A stretch of DNA of 64,000 bases from assembly GCA_051294375.1 (NCBI GenBank), contig CM119265.1:2765292-2829291 (forward strand). Direction: 5' to 3'. Both the position numbers and the translations under genes were made by a program. This stretch comes from Paraspadella gotoi (taxonomy: Eukaryota; Animalia; Chaetognatha). The notes beneath the pieces were generated by a model. That model had not been told where the DNA came from, did not search any database, and saw nothing but the letters and a program-made list of their open reading frames with translations. How positions within the stretch are numbered: position 1 is the first letter of the stretch; the number at the start of each line of letters is the position of its first letter. Below, piece after piece: positions 1-14,918 of the stretch.

Positions 1-576
1 GTGCAGAAACTGAACTCCTCTCGTTTTTCTGAGAGTAAAAAAGACAAATAAAAGAAATAAAAGAAGGCAAAAATGTTACACATGGTCTTACCATTGGGAA
101 ATTTTTTCCAATTTTCTTTCCATCCAGCTTGTAATTTATTTCTTATTGCCTATTAAATTAAGATTATAGCTTTCTCATTAAAAAGTTATTTTGAGTTCCC
201 ATTTTTAATTAGAGATTAAAAAATTTTTTTTGGAATTTCCATCTTCAAATATTATATACTGCAATTAGTTGTAAATTAGATTTAAGAGGATTCTATATAC
301 TAATTTGGATATGATAATGAAGTACTATAATCTCATTTGCATATTGCGTAAATCGATTAATGAAGTGGAATCAAACAAAAAATACTTAAATCCAAATGTA
401 ATTAAGAAAATATTCAAAAGCTATTTCAAGATGAAGAAGCCATATCAAATTTTTTAACTTCACTATGGAATGCACACTTTCGTAAACTTTATCATAATTC
501 ATAAAATATTTTTAATTTTAACAAGAAAAAAACGGTAAGTCACAGCAAACCTATAAAAGCGTAGTAGTTTTTATTT

Positions 577-700
577 AAAAACAGCGTGACGGCCGACGAC
601 GACGACGACGACGACGAGGACGACGACTACGTCACAAAGAAGCTCACCCGAATCAATATCAAGCCTGAACCGGCTTCGCCGGTCATGGCTTGATAAAAAA
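577..700 (-). mobile_element. 5' end of a HINE-like element family C (copies at ~2915-2955, ~4295-4415, ~8240-8370)
   Basis: Hairpin TATCAAGCC-TGAACCGGC-TTC-GCCGGTCA-TGGCTTGATA (657-695) next to an A/T-run and a (GTC)n tract. Confidence 0.45.
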
Positions 701-1373
701 AAAGTCACGTTTGCGAAACTGGTTTTTGGGTCATTGAATCGAGGTGACAAAAACGTGACTGGAACGCAAGGTTCAATGCGATTTAAGGGGAGTGTAGAAA
801 TATCGCTAATAGTTCTCTCTTTTAAGGTCAAATTGCTAGGCCTTTGAACATGTCCTTTTTTTAGTGATTACAGCCGCATTTTTTAAAGGTTAATTTTTGA
901 TCTGGTACTAAGAGTCTGCCCGTCTGAAACTTATTTCTACGGGTTTTTGGAATACAATAAAATATTAAACGTTTCAGAAACTCTCTGTCGTTATTTTTTG
1001 GACGGGTGACGCCTCGATCTCGCGACCCCGTAGGCATTAAGTCTAATGAAACTTGGTAGTTTTGGACGAGGATGAGGATAAGATTAGAATGAAGTCGAGT
1101 AATAATGAAAGTAAAGATAAGGATGCAGTCGACTTGATGTAGTGAATTAAATGAGCTCAATTTTTGCTGCTGAAGAAATGAGAAAAAAAAAAGAAGAAGA
1201 GATGAGAAATTCTCAACCGAGGCGTCAAAATGCGAAAACATATCTATCTCTCCCTCTCCCTCTCTCTCTCTCTCTCTCACCTGAAACAGCATATTCTGCC
1301 CTCACAACTTCGCCCTCTTTCCCCAAATCTTCACGTCTTCCCTTCATCACCAGAAACGCACTCTCTCTCTCTC

Positions 1374-1423
<50 letters not shown>

Positions 1424-1502
1424 TCACCTGGCACAGCATATTCTGCCCTCACAACCTCCGCCCTCTTTCCCCATATCTTCAGTCTCCCTCATCACCAGAA
1501 CG

Positions 1503-1540
<38 letters not shown>

Positions 1541-1542
1541 AC

Positions 1543-2301
1543 CTGGCACAGCATATTCTGCCCTCACAACCTCCGCCCTCTTTCCCCAAATCTTCACGTC
1601 TCCCTTCGTCGCCCTCGCGATTTCCTTCTGTGAGTCGGGCGAGTAATTGACGAGGATGGAGAAAGAGTCCGAGAGAATGAGGAAGAGGGAAGGGAAGAGG
1701 CCGAGCTGGAATGGGAATCGATCGATCAATCAATCAATTCATCGATAGATCAATCAGTTAAATAAACAATCGATTTATTAATAATATTCATTCAATAGAT
1801 TATTAATATATAATTTTTCAATCAATCAATCAATGCTTCGATCTATCAATCAATTAAATCAATATATATATATAATTTGTAATCAATCAGTCAATCAATC
1901 AAAAATTTTATCAATCAATATTTCAACGAAATCAATCAATCTATCACTTAATTCAACTGATCAATTTATTAAAAAAAGCAATCAATCAATCAATTAACTC
2001 AATTAATTGAATCTATAAACCATTATCCATACATAGAAAGCAAAAAAAAAGAAAGAAAAAAAAAATGATACATAAAGAAATTAAATAAGTAAATAAATAA
2101 ATAAATAAATAAATGATAAAAAATCATAAATAAAAAAGAAAGAAAGTATCCAACCTCGATGTTCTTTTTCACGAGATACAAAGTGGGTGAGACGTAGAAC
2201 CCAGGAACGAAGACGATGCAACCCCAGCAGATGTAGTAGCCCGCCTTGTGCGAGAATAATGTCGAGGGTTCGCATGTAGCTGCCCTCCCACCAGAAGAAA
2301 A
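1543..2301 (-). pseudogene. DHCR7: Duplicate copy of DHCR7 exons 8 (2155-2301) and 9 (1543-1705) with indels; probably an uncollapsed read/haplotype
   Basis: Near-identical to 14918-15670 including the intron; differs by single-base indels. Confidence 0.6.
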
Positions 2302-3557
2302 CTGAAAACGAAAAAAAACGAACGGTTAATATTAAACAATGGGCCTATTAAATGTGAAATAATTATGATAAAATTCAAATTGAAAGCAGAACAGTAAGAG
2401 TCGGGTGTTTTTTGTTTTTTTTGTTTCCAAATAAGAAAAAGAGAAACCGACGACGAAGACGACGACGACGACGACGACTAATCCATATTTTCAAAGTTTT
2501 TAAGTTTTTTCCTTATTTTTTATTTGTTTTATTTTCTTTTTAGCAAAAAAAAATATATCGAATGACGTCATCGTTGAGATGAATTTTCGGCGCAAAAATT
2601 TATTCCGCTGAAAAAAAAATCATTTCCGGCCTCGAATAGCGCTCCGCTCTCTCTCTCTCTCTCTCTCTCTCTCCTCCTCTCTCCCTCTCTCTCTCGTCTC
2701 TCTCTCTGCTCTCTCTCTCTCTCTTTCTCTTCCATCCAGAACAGACCTCAACCGTTTAATAAGCTTAGAAAATAAATATAATAATAATTTTTGATAGGAT
2801 CGTTGAAACTGTAGAACAGTTTTCATTTGTAACTTATTTATGAAACATTGGTTAAATATTCGGATAATCGATAATTCTATTACTCAAGTTAACCCTTTAT
2901 CATCTTCTCTCTCGGGCCTGAACCGGCTTCGCCGGTCATGGCTTGATAAAAAAAAGTCACGTTGCGAAACTGGTTTTTGGGTCATTGAATCGAGGTGACA
3001 AAACGTGACTGGAACGAAGGTTCAATGCGATTTAAGGGGAGTGTAGAAATATCGCTAATAGTTTCTCTCTTTTAAGGTCAAATTTGCTAGGCCTATTGAA
3101 CATGTCCTTTTTTTAGTGATTACAGCCGCATTTTTTAAGGTTAATTTTTGATCTGGTACTAAGAGTCTGCCCGTCTGAAACTTAGTTTCTACGGGTTTTT
3201 GGAATACAATAAAATATTAAACGTTTCAGAAACTCTTGTCGTTATTTTTTGGACGGGTGACGCCTCGATCTCGCGACCCCGTAGGCATTAAGTCTAATGA
3301 AACTTGGTAGTTTTGGACGAGGATGAGGATAAAGATTAGAATGAAGTCGAGTAATAATGAAAGTAAAGATAAGGATGCAGTCGACTTGATGTAGTGAATT
3401 AAATGAGCTCAATTTTTGCTGCTGAAGAAATGAGAAAAAAAAAAAGAAGAAGANNNNNNNNNNNNNNNNNNNNNNNNNGAGTGCGTTCTGGTGATGAAGG
3501 GAGACTGAAGATATGGGGAAGAGGGCGGAGGTTGTGAGGGCAGAATATGCTGTGCCA

Positions 3558-3621
<64 letters not shown>

Positions 3622-4419
3622 AGAGAGAGTGCGTTTCTGGTGATGAAGGGAGACGTGAAGATTTGGGAAAGAGGGCGAAGTGTGTGAGGCAGAATATGCT
3701 GTTTCAGGTGAGAGAGAGAGAGAGAGAGGGAGAGGGAGAGATAGATATGTTTTCGCAATTTTACGCCTCGGTTGAGAATTTCTCATCTCTTCTTCTTTTT
3801 TTTTTCTCATTTCTTCAGCAGCAAAAATTGAGCTCATTTAATTCACTACATCAAGTCGACTGCATCCTTATCTTTACTTTCATTATTACTCGACTTCATT
3901 CTAATCTTTTTTCCTCATCCTCGTAAAACCAATAACTAACCAAGTTCATTAGACTTAATGCCTACGGGGTCGCGAGATCGAGGCGTCACCCGTCCAAAAA
4001 ATAACGACTAGAGATTTCTGAAACCGTTTAATATTTTATTGTATTCCAAAAACCCGTAGAAACTAAGTTTTCAGACGGGCAGACTCTTAGTACCAGATCA
4101 AAAATTAACCTTTAAAAAATGCGGCATGTAATCACTAAAAAAAGGACATGTTCAAATAGGCCTACAATGGACCTTAAAGAGAGAACTATTAGCGATATTT
4201 CTACACTCCCCTTAAATCGCATTGAACCTTCGTTCCAGTCACGTTTTTGTCACCCTCGATTCAATGACCCAAAAACCAGTTTCGCAACGTGATTTTTTTT
4301 TATCAAGCCATGACCGGCGAAAGCCGGTTCAGGCTTGATATTGATTCGGTGAGGTTCTTTGTGACGTAGTCGTCGTCTCGTCGTCGTCGTCGTCGTTCGT
4401 CGGCCGTCACGCTGTTTTT

Positions 4420-6072
4420 AGTCGGATCTGCTTATCAGCAGATCCCGACTCTATATACTCACTTTTTATAACTCACTTTTGTCGGTCCGTCGGTTCCGCC
4501 CCTCAATATTGTCGGGCACACACTTATATCATGTCAGAACATCGAATTATGATAAATTATGCAAAAAAAATGATGTCCGTCCGTCCGTCTGTCTGTCCGT
4601 CCGTCCGTCCGTCCCGTCCGTCCGTCCGTCCGTCCGTCCGTCGTCCGTCCGTCCGTCCCACCTTAGCAAAAAACACCAATTACTCGTGATGGATGGATGG
4701 ATTTAAATGAAATTTTGTGTGTGGATAGGTAAGTGTTGTGATTGAGCTGGAATATTAAGATTTCGATGGAATCGTCCCGAGTGGAAATGAGTTTAATTGG
4801 AAAAACAAAAAAATATATTCACTATTTGAACACCAATTGCTTATGAGTGGATGGGCTGATTGACCTGGAATTTGTATGTGGTAGGAAGTGTAGTGATTGA
4901 ACAGGAAATCAAGTTTCGATGGAATAGTTTGAGTGAAATGAGTTTAAATGGAAAAAAACAAAAAAACCTGTTTTACTAATTGATTATGCTTCTTTTTCCT
5001 TTTATATTAAAGGTATCTGCAGGGAATGTATTAATAAATCAAATAATTTAATCAGTTAATTAATCAATTAGTAAATAAATTAATCAATAATTAATTAATT
5101 AGTCAATCAATCCGTCATCAGTCCATCTTAGCAAAAGCTCAATAACTCGGATTGGCTGGTTGGATTGGAATTAAATTTTGTGGGTGGGGTGAGGAAAGTG
5201 TGTGATAAAGCTGGATATAAAATTTCGATGGAATCGTTGAAGTGGAAATTAGTTTACATGGAAAAAACATAAGTCGAATTTACTAAATCTTTTTACTTTT
5301 TTAACCAATAATACTCCAATTAATCATAATTGGATGGATAGATTGAGTTGAAAATTTTGTGTGTGGGGCTAGGAAACGTATATGACGAAGCTTGATATAA
5401 AGTTTCAGGTGGAAACGTACCATAGGAAATGAGTTTAAATGAAAAAAATATGAGTCACATTTACTTGAATCTTTTTATTTATTTTTACCCATGATAGATT
5501 GAGATGAAATTTTGTGAGCCGGTAGGAAAGTGAGTGAAGAAGTAGATATAAAGTTTGACGGAATGCAAGTTTGAAAAATTATGCAAGTTGAAAAAATGAT
5601 GCAAGTTAAAAAAAATCTAAAAGCATGAGGATCGTCGCTATTGCATAAAAAGAGAGAGAGAAGAGAGAGGAAAGAGAGAGGAGAGAGAGAGAGAGTAGCG
5701 AGAAAGAGAGAGAGGTGAAGAGAGAGAAGAGAGAGAAGAAGGAGAGAGAAGAGACATAAAATAAAAAAATCTTAAAAGACTCAAGATCGAGCCAGAGCCC
5801 ACTATCATAGGAAAATTAATGAAAAAAAAAAAAAAACCGGGAAAAAAAAACGAATGAATCATGCGATAACGAATTATTGATGTAATAGTAATTGATTGAG
5901 GTAATACTAATTGATGATGTAATATGTAATTTATTGATGTAATAGGAATTGATTATTGATTCGATGATAAATCAATTATTGATGCGATGATAGTCATTCA
6001 CTGCTGTGATGATGTCATTCATGATGATGTGATGATAGTCAATAAACAAACAAATGCGTCGTTGATGAGTGA

Positions 6073-6103
<31 letters not shown>

Positions 6104-6310
6104 AGAGAAAAAGAGAGAGAGAGAAAAAGAGGAGAGAGAGAAAGAAAGAGAGGAGAGAGAGAAAGGAGGAGATAGAGAAAGAGAGAGAGAGAGAGAGAGT
6201 AGAGAGAGAGAGAAGAGAGAGAAAGAAAGAAAGAGTATAAATCCACGAAAATCTCGGATGAAAATATGGAATTTTGTATTGAAAAAAAGCGCGGAATAAT
6301 ATGGCAATAA
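4420..6310 (+). mobile_element. Partial second copy of HINE family A at a different flank; further noisy copies at ~6400-8240 (-), ~9130-9730 and ~12345-14400
   Basis: Same 5' end TTTTTAGTCGGATCTGCTTATCAGCAGATCCCGACTC and internal sequence as 16909-18710. Confidence 0.65.
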
Positions 6311-9300
6311 TAAAAAGTTTTTAGAATCTGTACAATCCAATCCATACTCTCTTCTTTCAGCTCATTATCACGTTTGTTGTTTTATCATTGAACTATATCA
6401 ACAATATGAAATGAACAATCATCAAGGCAGATGACTATCAATCGGCAATTCAATATATGATATCAATCGATATCAATTCAATTCCTATTACTATCATAAA
6501 TTATCTCAATAACAAATCAAATCAATTAGTATAACCCTCAATCAATTACTATTACAATGCAATAATTCCGTTAGCAATGAATTTCATTCGTTTTTTTTCC
6601 CGGGTTTTTTCATTAATTTTCTAATGATAGATAGGGGTCTGGCTCGATCTTGAAGTCTTTTAAGATTTATTATATTTTATTCTCCTATCCTCTCCTTCTT
6701 CTTCTCATCTCTCTCTCTCACTCTACTCTCTTATCTCGCCTACACTCTCTCATTCTCTCTCCACCGGCCTTTTTTGCTCACTCTCTCTTTTCTCTTCTCC
6801 TCATCTCTCTCTTTCTAAATATGGCAATAAGCGAACGATCCTCATGCTTTTAAGATTTTTTTAAACCAGCATCATTTATTTCAAAACATTGCAATAATTT
6901 TTCACTTGCATATCCGTCACAATTTATATCAGATTCTTAGCTCACTTTCATACCACGGCATACAAAATTCATCTCAATCTATCATGGGTTAAAATAAATA
7001 AAAAAAGATTACAAGCTAAATAAGCTGACTGATAATTTTTTTCAATTTAAAACTCATTTTCACTGGACGTTCCAACTGAAAAACTTATATCAAGCTTCGT
7101 CAATATCGTTTTTTCCCTACCCACACACAAAATTTCAACCTCAAAATCTAATCCATCCAATATCATGATTAATTGGAGTATTTTGGTTAAAATAATAAAA
7201 AAGATTTTAGTATCGACTTCTGTTTTTCCAAAATTAAACTAATTTCCAAACCTCCAAACGATTCCATCGAAATTTTATATCCAAGCTTTATCACACACTT
7301 TCCTACCACCCACAAATTTAAATTCGCAATCCAACCCAGCCATCAACGAAGTTATTGGAGTTTTTGCTAGTGGCGCCGAATGGACGATAGGGACTATTGG
7401 AATCTACATGTAGATTAATTATTGATAATTTATTTACTAATTGATTAAAATTTAACTGATAATTATATGATTATTATAACATCCTGCAGCAATAGCATAT
7501 TAAATATAAAAGTGATAAAAAAGAAGCATAATCAAAGTTAGTAAAAACGGTTTGTTGTATTTCTAGACATTCAAACTACATTTCACACCTACAAACTTAA
7601 AATTCAGAAACTTGATTTCCTGTATGCAGAACATCACAACACTTGATCGCGAACAGCACCACAAGCATTCAGGTAATCAGCATCACCTCATAAGAGCCAG
7701 TATGGGTAGTCAAGAGAAAAAATGAGGTGAAAGAGAGAGAGAGATGACAATTTTTTTTTGTTTTTTCCCATTACTCCATTTCCACTCGACGAATTCCAAT
7801 CGAAACTTGAGCCAGCTATCCAGCTCCAATTCAGCAACAGCAAGCAATTATAGAGAAGAGAACAAGACTATTAATATATATATATCACATATACCAAACA
7901 CAGAAAGAAGTTAGATGCAATTAAAAACACGATCGCATCGCAATCACGAGTTATGAATGGTGCGTTTTTTGCTAAGGTGGGACTCGGACGGAACGGACGA
8001 CGGACGGACGGACGGCGGACGAGACGGCCACCGGACCGGAACGACCCGACCGACCGCGGACGTACGGACCATCATTTTTTGCGCATTAATTATCATATAC
8101 GATGTTCTACTGATATACTCGAGTGTGTGCCCGACAATAATTTGAGGGAGGACGAAGAATCCAGACGGACCGAACAGTAGAGGTGTATTACTAGTGAGAT
8201 TTATAAGAGTCGGGATTCTGCTGAAGAGCAGAATCCGACTCAAAAACAGCTGACGCGGCCGTCGACGACACGACGACGACGAGGACGACGAACTACGTCA
8301 CAAAAAGAAGCTCACCCCGAAATCAAATATCAAGCCTGAACCGTCTCGCCGGTCTATGGCTTGAATAAAAAAGTCACGTCGCGAAACTGGTTTTTGGGTC
8401 TTGAATCGAAGGGGGGGGGGTTGTGGGGGTGGAACAAAGCTGACTGAACACGAGATGAGCGTTCAATGGAGCCGATTTAAGATGTCGGTAGCTTGATAGA
8501 ATATCGCTAATAGTTATTCATCTCTTTTAAGGTCAAATTGTGCTAGGCCTATTTTAGAACTATGTCCCCTTTTTTAGTGATTGACAGCCGGCATCTTTTA
8601 AAAGGTTAATTTTTGATCTGGTATAAGAGTCCTGCGCCCGTCGAAACTTAGTTTTCTACGCGTTTTTGGAAATACAATAAAATATTAAACGTTTCAGAAA
8701 AACTTTGCGTTATTTTTGGAACCGGGTGACCCTCGGGATCTCGCGACCGTAGTCATTAAGTCTAATGAAACTTGGTACGCTCTTTGGCACGAGGATGATA
8801 GGATAAAGATTAGAAATGAAGTCGAGTAAATGATGGAAGTAAAGATAAGACTCAGTCGACCTTGACTGTATGTTAAAGTGAGCCAATTTGCTGGTTCGCC
8901 TAAGAAATGGAAAAAAAAAAGAAAAGAGATGGAAGAAATTCTCAACCGAGCGTCAAAATTGGGGCGAGAAAAACATATCTATCTCTCCTCTGCCCCCCTC
9001 TTCGTTGCGACTCTGGCCATCTCTCAATCTCTCCACCTGAAACAGGCGATTTTATTCTTGTCTCACATTCTACAGTGAAGCCCAACTTCCCGCACTCTCT
9101 CTTTCCACCAATAATCGTTCACGTCTCTATAAACACTATTTTTTTTAAAAAAAAAGAGAGAGAGAGAAGATGAAGAGAGAGAGAGAGAGAGAAAGAAGCT
9201 GGACAGACGCTGCACACTGACCCGGAACTCACTTCGTTTAGAAAGAAGCAGTGGACAGGAGAAAAAAGAAAGAGAGAGAGGAGCGACCATATGAATTGTA

Positions 9301-12300
9301 ATGTGTAAAATAAAACACTACTATACCAATATTGAATATGACAAAATGAGAATCTTTAAAGTCTTGATGATAAAGCCATATACTGATTCAACTCCTATGA
9401 TAATCACAACCCTTTCAGAAGCCATCGATTGCAAAAAGCGAGACCGAAAGGCGTCTTAAACCGAAAAAAATCTATCGACATCCGACGGGCTTTGCCCGCC
9501 TGGCTCGATAATAGAGGATATTGTTCTGTTTTGTATATGTAAACAAAACATTTAAAATAACTGTCCTACTTCTCATTTTAAGGACATCGATGATGACAAG
9601 CTGAAATATAAATTATATTAATCTATTAATTAATTAATTAATTAATCCTATTAATTTTATTAATTAATCTACTTAATTAAATTAATCGTAATCGTCAGGC
9701 AGATACCGTACCATTGTTGCTCAATACTTTCACCGTTAATATACTCAACTACTCTACGTCTCCTCTATATGTCTTTCTGGCTGTGACTACCCTTCTGTTT
9801 CTTCTCTTTTCTTCAATTATCTCTCTATAACATCTCCTTTACACCTGTAGCTAGCCTAGAGCAAATTAATGATACATGACGCTTTCTAATCAACCGTCCG
9901 AACACCGTGTGGTCGCTATTTCTCCATCATATGTCATATGCACTAATAAAAATTTAGATATTGGTTCTCATCTTGAATAGCTTTGATAATTTTCTTATTA
10001 CAGTCTTCTCTCTGGTCATACAATCTCAGATAAAGCGTCATTTTTCCTGTTCTTGCATTCCTACTCACTTCCAACTCATGAATTTCATCTCTCGCCTCAC
10101 TTCCTACCTGCATACACTGTTGAGATTACTAGATGGCCATACTTTCTAATTCACTCTCACCATCACAACCTATCTACGAGAGCCCTCCCTAGTAATATTA
10201 CCGCAAATCTTTCCCACGGATCTCCTCTATTATTCTGTCAGCCCACTGTCGTAACTTATTTCCCGTTCATGATGAGTCGGCACGGAGTAATTTGACGAGG
10301 ATGAGTAGAGATATGAGTCCGAGGAAGAGAGATAGAGGAAGAAGAATGGCAAAGGGAAAGAGGCACGAATGTTCTTGATTAGAATGCATATCGATCTAGA
10401 GTAAATACAAAATAACAAATGGTATACAAACTTTCATCAACAGATAAAGTATACAACTCTATTTTTAAAATAACAAGTGATGTATATATAATAATGAAAT
10501 CATTCAATAAGATTATATTAATATATATATCTTTTTCAATCATACAATCTATAATCTATCGAATACTATAATCAAAAATCACAATTTAAAAATCAAATAA
10601 ATATAATATATCTATTCGTATATTCAAATTCAGTTAATCAACTCAAAAAATGTTACTCAAATTCAATATTGCGCAAGCAGATATTCAAAATCAAATCTAT
10701 CACTTTAATCAAGCTGATCAATTTTAAATTTAAAAAAAAGAGCCCAATACATATCTAAGTCAGTATAAACTCAATAATATGAATCTATAAAAACTTATCC
10801 AATACATAGAAAGAAAAGAAAAAAAATGAATACATAAAGAAATAAAATATATAATAAATAATAATAATGAATAAACAAAACATATAAAAAAGAAAGAAAG
10901 ATAATCCACCTCGATGTTCTTTTATCACGAAGAATATCTTAATAGTTCGGCGTGAGAACGTAAGAACCCAGAACCGAAGAGCGATGCAAACCACAGATGT
11001 GTAGCCCGCCTTGAATTATATATATGGTCAGGGTTTCGCATGTAGCTTGGTCCCTCCCACCAAAGAACTGAACGAAAAAAAACGAAGTTAATTATAAAAC
11101 GAATGGGCCTATTAAATGTGAATAATTATATAAAATTCAAATTGAAAGCAAACAGTACCAGAGACGTGTGTTTTTTTGTTTTTTTTTGTTTCAAATAAGA
11201 AAAAGAAGAATCCGAGGAAACGAAAAGAGCGACGAACGACGACCGAACGACTCTAATCCAATTTTCAGTTTTTAGTTTTTTTCCATTGTTTTTTTTATTT
11301 TGTTTTATTTCTTTGTTTAGCAAAAGAAAATTATTCGGAATGTACGCAATCGTTGAGAGATAATGAATTTCGGCGCAAAAATTATTCCGCTGAAAAAAAA
11401 ATCATTATCCGGCCTCGAATAACATCAGCTCGCTCTCTCTATCTCCTCTCTCTCTCTCTCTTCTCTCTCCTCCTCTCTCTCTCTCTCTCTTCTCTCTCTC
11501 CTCTCTCTCTCTTTCTCTCACTAGCAGACCTTCACGTTACTGATAAGTAATTATTTGGGGTTTTTAGGATTCTGGACACTGTACCACTTTTTGCATTGTA
11601 ACTTATTTAAATGAACATTGGTTAAATATTCTCGATAAGTTCGATAATCAGTGCTTAACTCATATAACCCGCTTAATCAATCAACTCATGATACGCCACC
11701 ATACTGAATTGGACTATCTTCAAATTTTTCTTCTCCTCTTTTCTCCTCTTCTCTTCTCTCGTCCTCCCTACTCTTCTCTCCTCTCCTTCCTTTCCTTATA
11801 TGTTTCCTCCTCTTCTCTCCATCTCTCTCCTCTCTCTCCTCCTTTTCCTTCCTCCTCTCCGGCCTCCCAAACTCATCCTATCGGTGACGTAAACGAGCTT
11901 TAAGAGAATCGGAGACCACATTGATATTCATGAATTTTCCTTACAATTTCGAATTTTTGATCGAATTGAATGAGAGGCGTATAAGACAGCAGACCATGAG
12001 GCCATATCTGGTGATAGAGTGGGAGGCAAGTAGTCCAGAAATAATGGAGTGGAAGCAGGGCCTGTAAATCACTTTTTTTCGAATGTGGTTAAGAGTACAG
12101 TAAAAGTAGGCAAATTAAAAATGGGAGTCGGTGCCGGACTTATAGAGCGGATCTGCGTAAGAGGGTGAGGAGAGGTTACTCATGATGTCCTTGGTAGAGA
12201 AAGTGGCCTTGTCATTTGTGGTGAGAGAAGGGTAATGCACTTCTTACATCTTTCTTGAGTACATATCATATTTCGTCTTTTGTTTTTTTACTCATAATCT

Positions 12301-14881
12301 CAGGCGGTCAGATTCGATATATACACTTTTATTGGCACTTGTTTATTTGGATCTGCTTATCAGCAGATCCCGTACTTCTTATATATTCATACTTTTTTAT
12401 AATATCTTATACTTTTAATTCTGGTCCTCGTCTTCCGTCCTCCCCTCTAATTTTTCGGTCTTTGCATCACGACTTATATATCATTGTCAAGAAATCATCG
12501 GTATATTATTGATTAAATAATATTATGCTAAATTATATAATGTATGTTCCGGTTCCTTTGTCATTCTGTCGTCGTCAGTTCGATTCCGTCGTCTCACACT
12601 TAGCTAAACCTACAAATTACTCGTGATTGGATGGTAAGGATTAATATTGAATTTTTTTGTGTGGATAGGTAAGTAGTGTTGATTGAGCTTTGATATTAAG
12701 TTCGATGGAATCGTCCGATTGTAATGAGTTTAATTGGAAAAAAAATAAAATATTTTCACTATTTACACAATGCTCTATGAGTGGATTTGGTGCTGTGATT
12801 ACTGGAATTTTTTGTATGTGGGTTATGGAAAGTTGTTGATTGAACAGGAAATTCAGTTTCGATGAAAGAGTTTTTGTTAGTTGATAATGAGTTTTAAATT
12901 TGGAAAAACAATAAAAACTTTTTTTTACTTACCTGTTATTTATGCTCTTTTTTTTCCTTTTTATTATTAAAGTATTCTGTAGGATTATTTAATAAATCAT
13001 AATAATTTATCAGTTAATTAAACTCAATTAGTTAATAAATTAATCAAATAATTAATTAATTAGTCAATTTTTCAATCGTCATTCCTTCCAGTCTTAGTGC
13101 AAAGCTCCAATACCGTGATTGGGCTGGGTTGGATTTTGGAGGTAATTAAATTTTGTTTGTGTGTTTGTGGTAGTGTTTGAAGTGATGTGAAAGCTGATTA
13201 TTAAAAATTCGATTGGAATCGTTTGTGTAATTATTTTAATGGATAAAAACATAAGTCGAATTTACTAAAATCTTTTACTTATTTAATCATATTAAATACT
13301 CCAATTAATCATGAATCGGAGGATAGATTGAGTTGAAATTTGTGTTGTGTGGGTTAGAGATATCGTATGACGAGCTTGATATATAAGTTTCAGTGGAAAC
13401 GTACTCAGTGTGAAATGAGTTTAATATAAAAAATATATTTGAGTTCAGCTATTTTTACTTGAATCTTTTTTATTAATCCCATGATAGTATTGAGAATATA
13501 GTAAATTTTTTGTGAGCTCCGGAAGTGAAGAGGGATTGGTTGTTGTTGAATGTAAGTCTTAGATTGTACGAATGCAAGTGAAATAATGATGTAGTTGAAA
13601 AAACTGGATGGGCAAAGTTAAAATATCTTAACAGCTACTAAGTTTCGTCTAATTGCATTAGTTAAAAGAGAGAGAAGAGAGAGAGAAAGAGTAGAGTGAG
13701 AGGAGAGAGAGAGAGTGAAGAGAAAGATGAGGAGAGTTATGAGAGGTAGAAGATGAGATATGGAGAATAAAATAAAAAAATCTTAAAGACCTCAAATCGA
13801 GCCAGAAGCCCACTATTCATTAGAAAATTAATGAAAAACCTCTTGTAAAAAAACTGAATGTAACAATGTCGATATACTGAATTGTTGTATGTGTATCTTA
13901 GTAATTTGATTGATGAGTTATATATCGTTAATTTGATTGATGTATATTAGTTTAAATTTATGATGTTTAATTTAGGTAAATATTGCTCACTTATTGTATT
14001 GCGATGATAATCAATTATTTGATGCTGATGATAGTCATTATTCATCCTGTCTGTGATTGATAAGTTATTACAGTTGATTGCGTTTGATTGTCTATTCATT
14101 GTATTATTTCGTATTGATTGTCATTTCATTTTTGTTATTGGCGTATTATTATTGTTTTCATTTTTTTTTTTTACACTAATCAAAATTGGCGTGTTTGTAT
14201 AATTGTTTTAAGTGATAAGAGAGGAGTAGTTATGTATGTTTAGCAGTAGATAGTTTAATATATATTGTTTGTTAGAGTATTGATGACGAGTAGGTTAAGA
14301 TAGAGTAGTAGGATAGAGTTTAGATATTAGTTTATTGTGTAGAGTAGAAGAGAGAGAGAAATGAATAGGAATATAATATTCGTCTACGATATTTTCTGTG
14401 ATGCAATATAATGTTTTGGGATATTTGGTTACTTTATTTCTTTTACCTTCAAAAAAACGAGTTCATTTCTGCACTGACTGTACAGCGGCCTTCAAGCAGC
14501 CTGTCGCAGCTTTTGTCTTCTTTCTCACTCTCTTTCTCTTTCTGTCCTCTTTCTCTCTTTACGAATCTCTTGCGGTGATCGTTCTTTTTTTGAAAAAATT
14601 ATGATTGTTTTTTTTTTCTAAAAACTTATATCGGGGCTTATTTTCTCAATACAAAATCGCCAAATTTTACATCCGAGATTTTCGTGGATACATTTAAAAA
14701 AAGTGAAGAATAACTTATATTGACATGCATTGGCACATGTAAATCAGCTAATGTGACTTATTATATAATCGCACTTTAAGCCGAAGCATATGCATTTATT
14801 TAAAAAAAAATAAAATTTGTATTTTTTATTATTGATACTTGAGACCAGGTTGGCCCACTATTGGCATTATCTAAATAGGGT

Positions 14882-14917
<36 letters not shown>

Positions 14918-14918
<1 letters not shown>

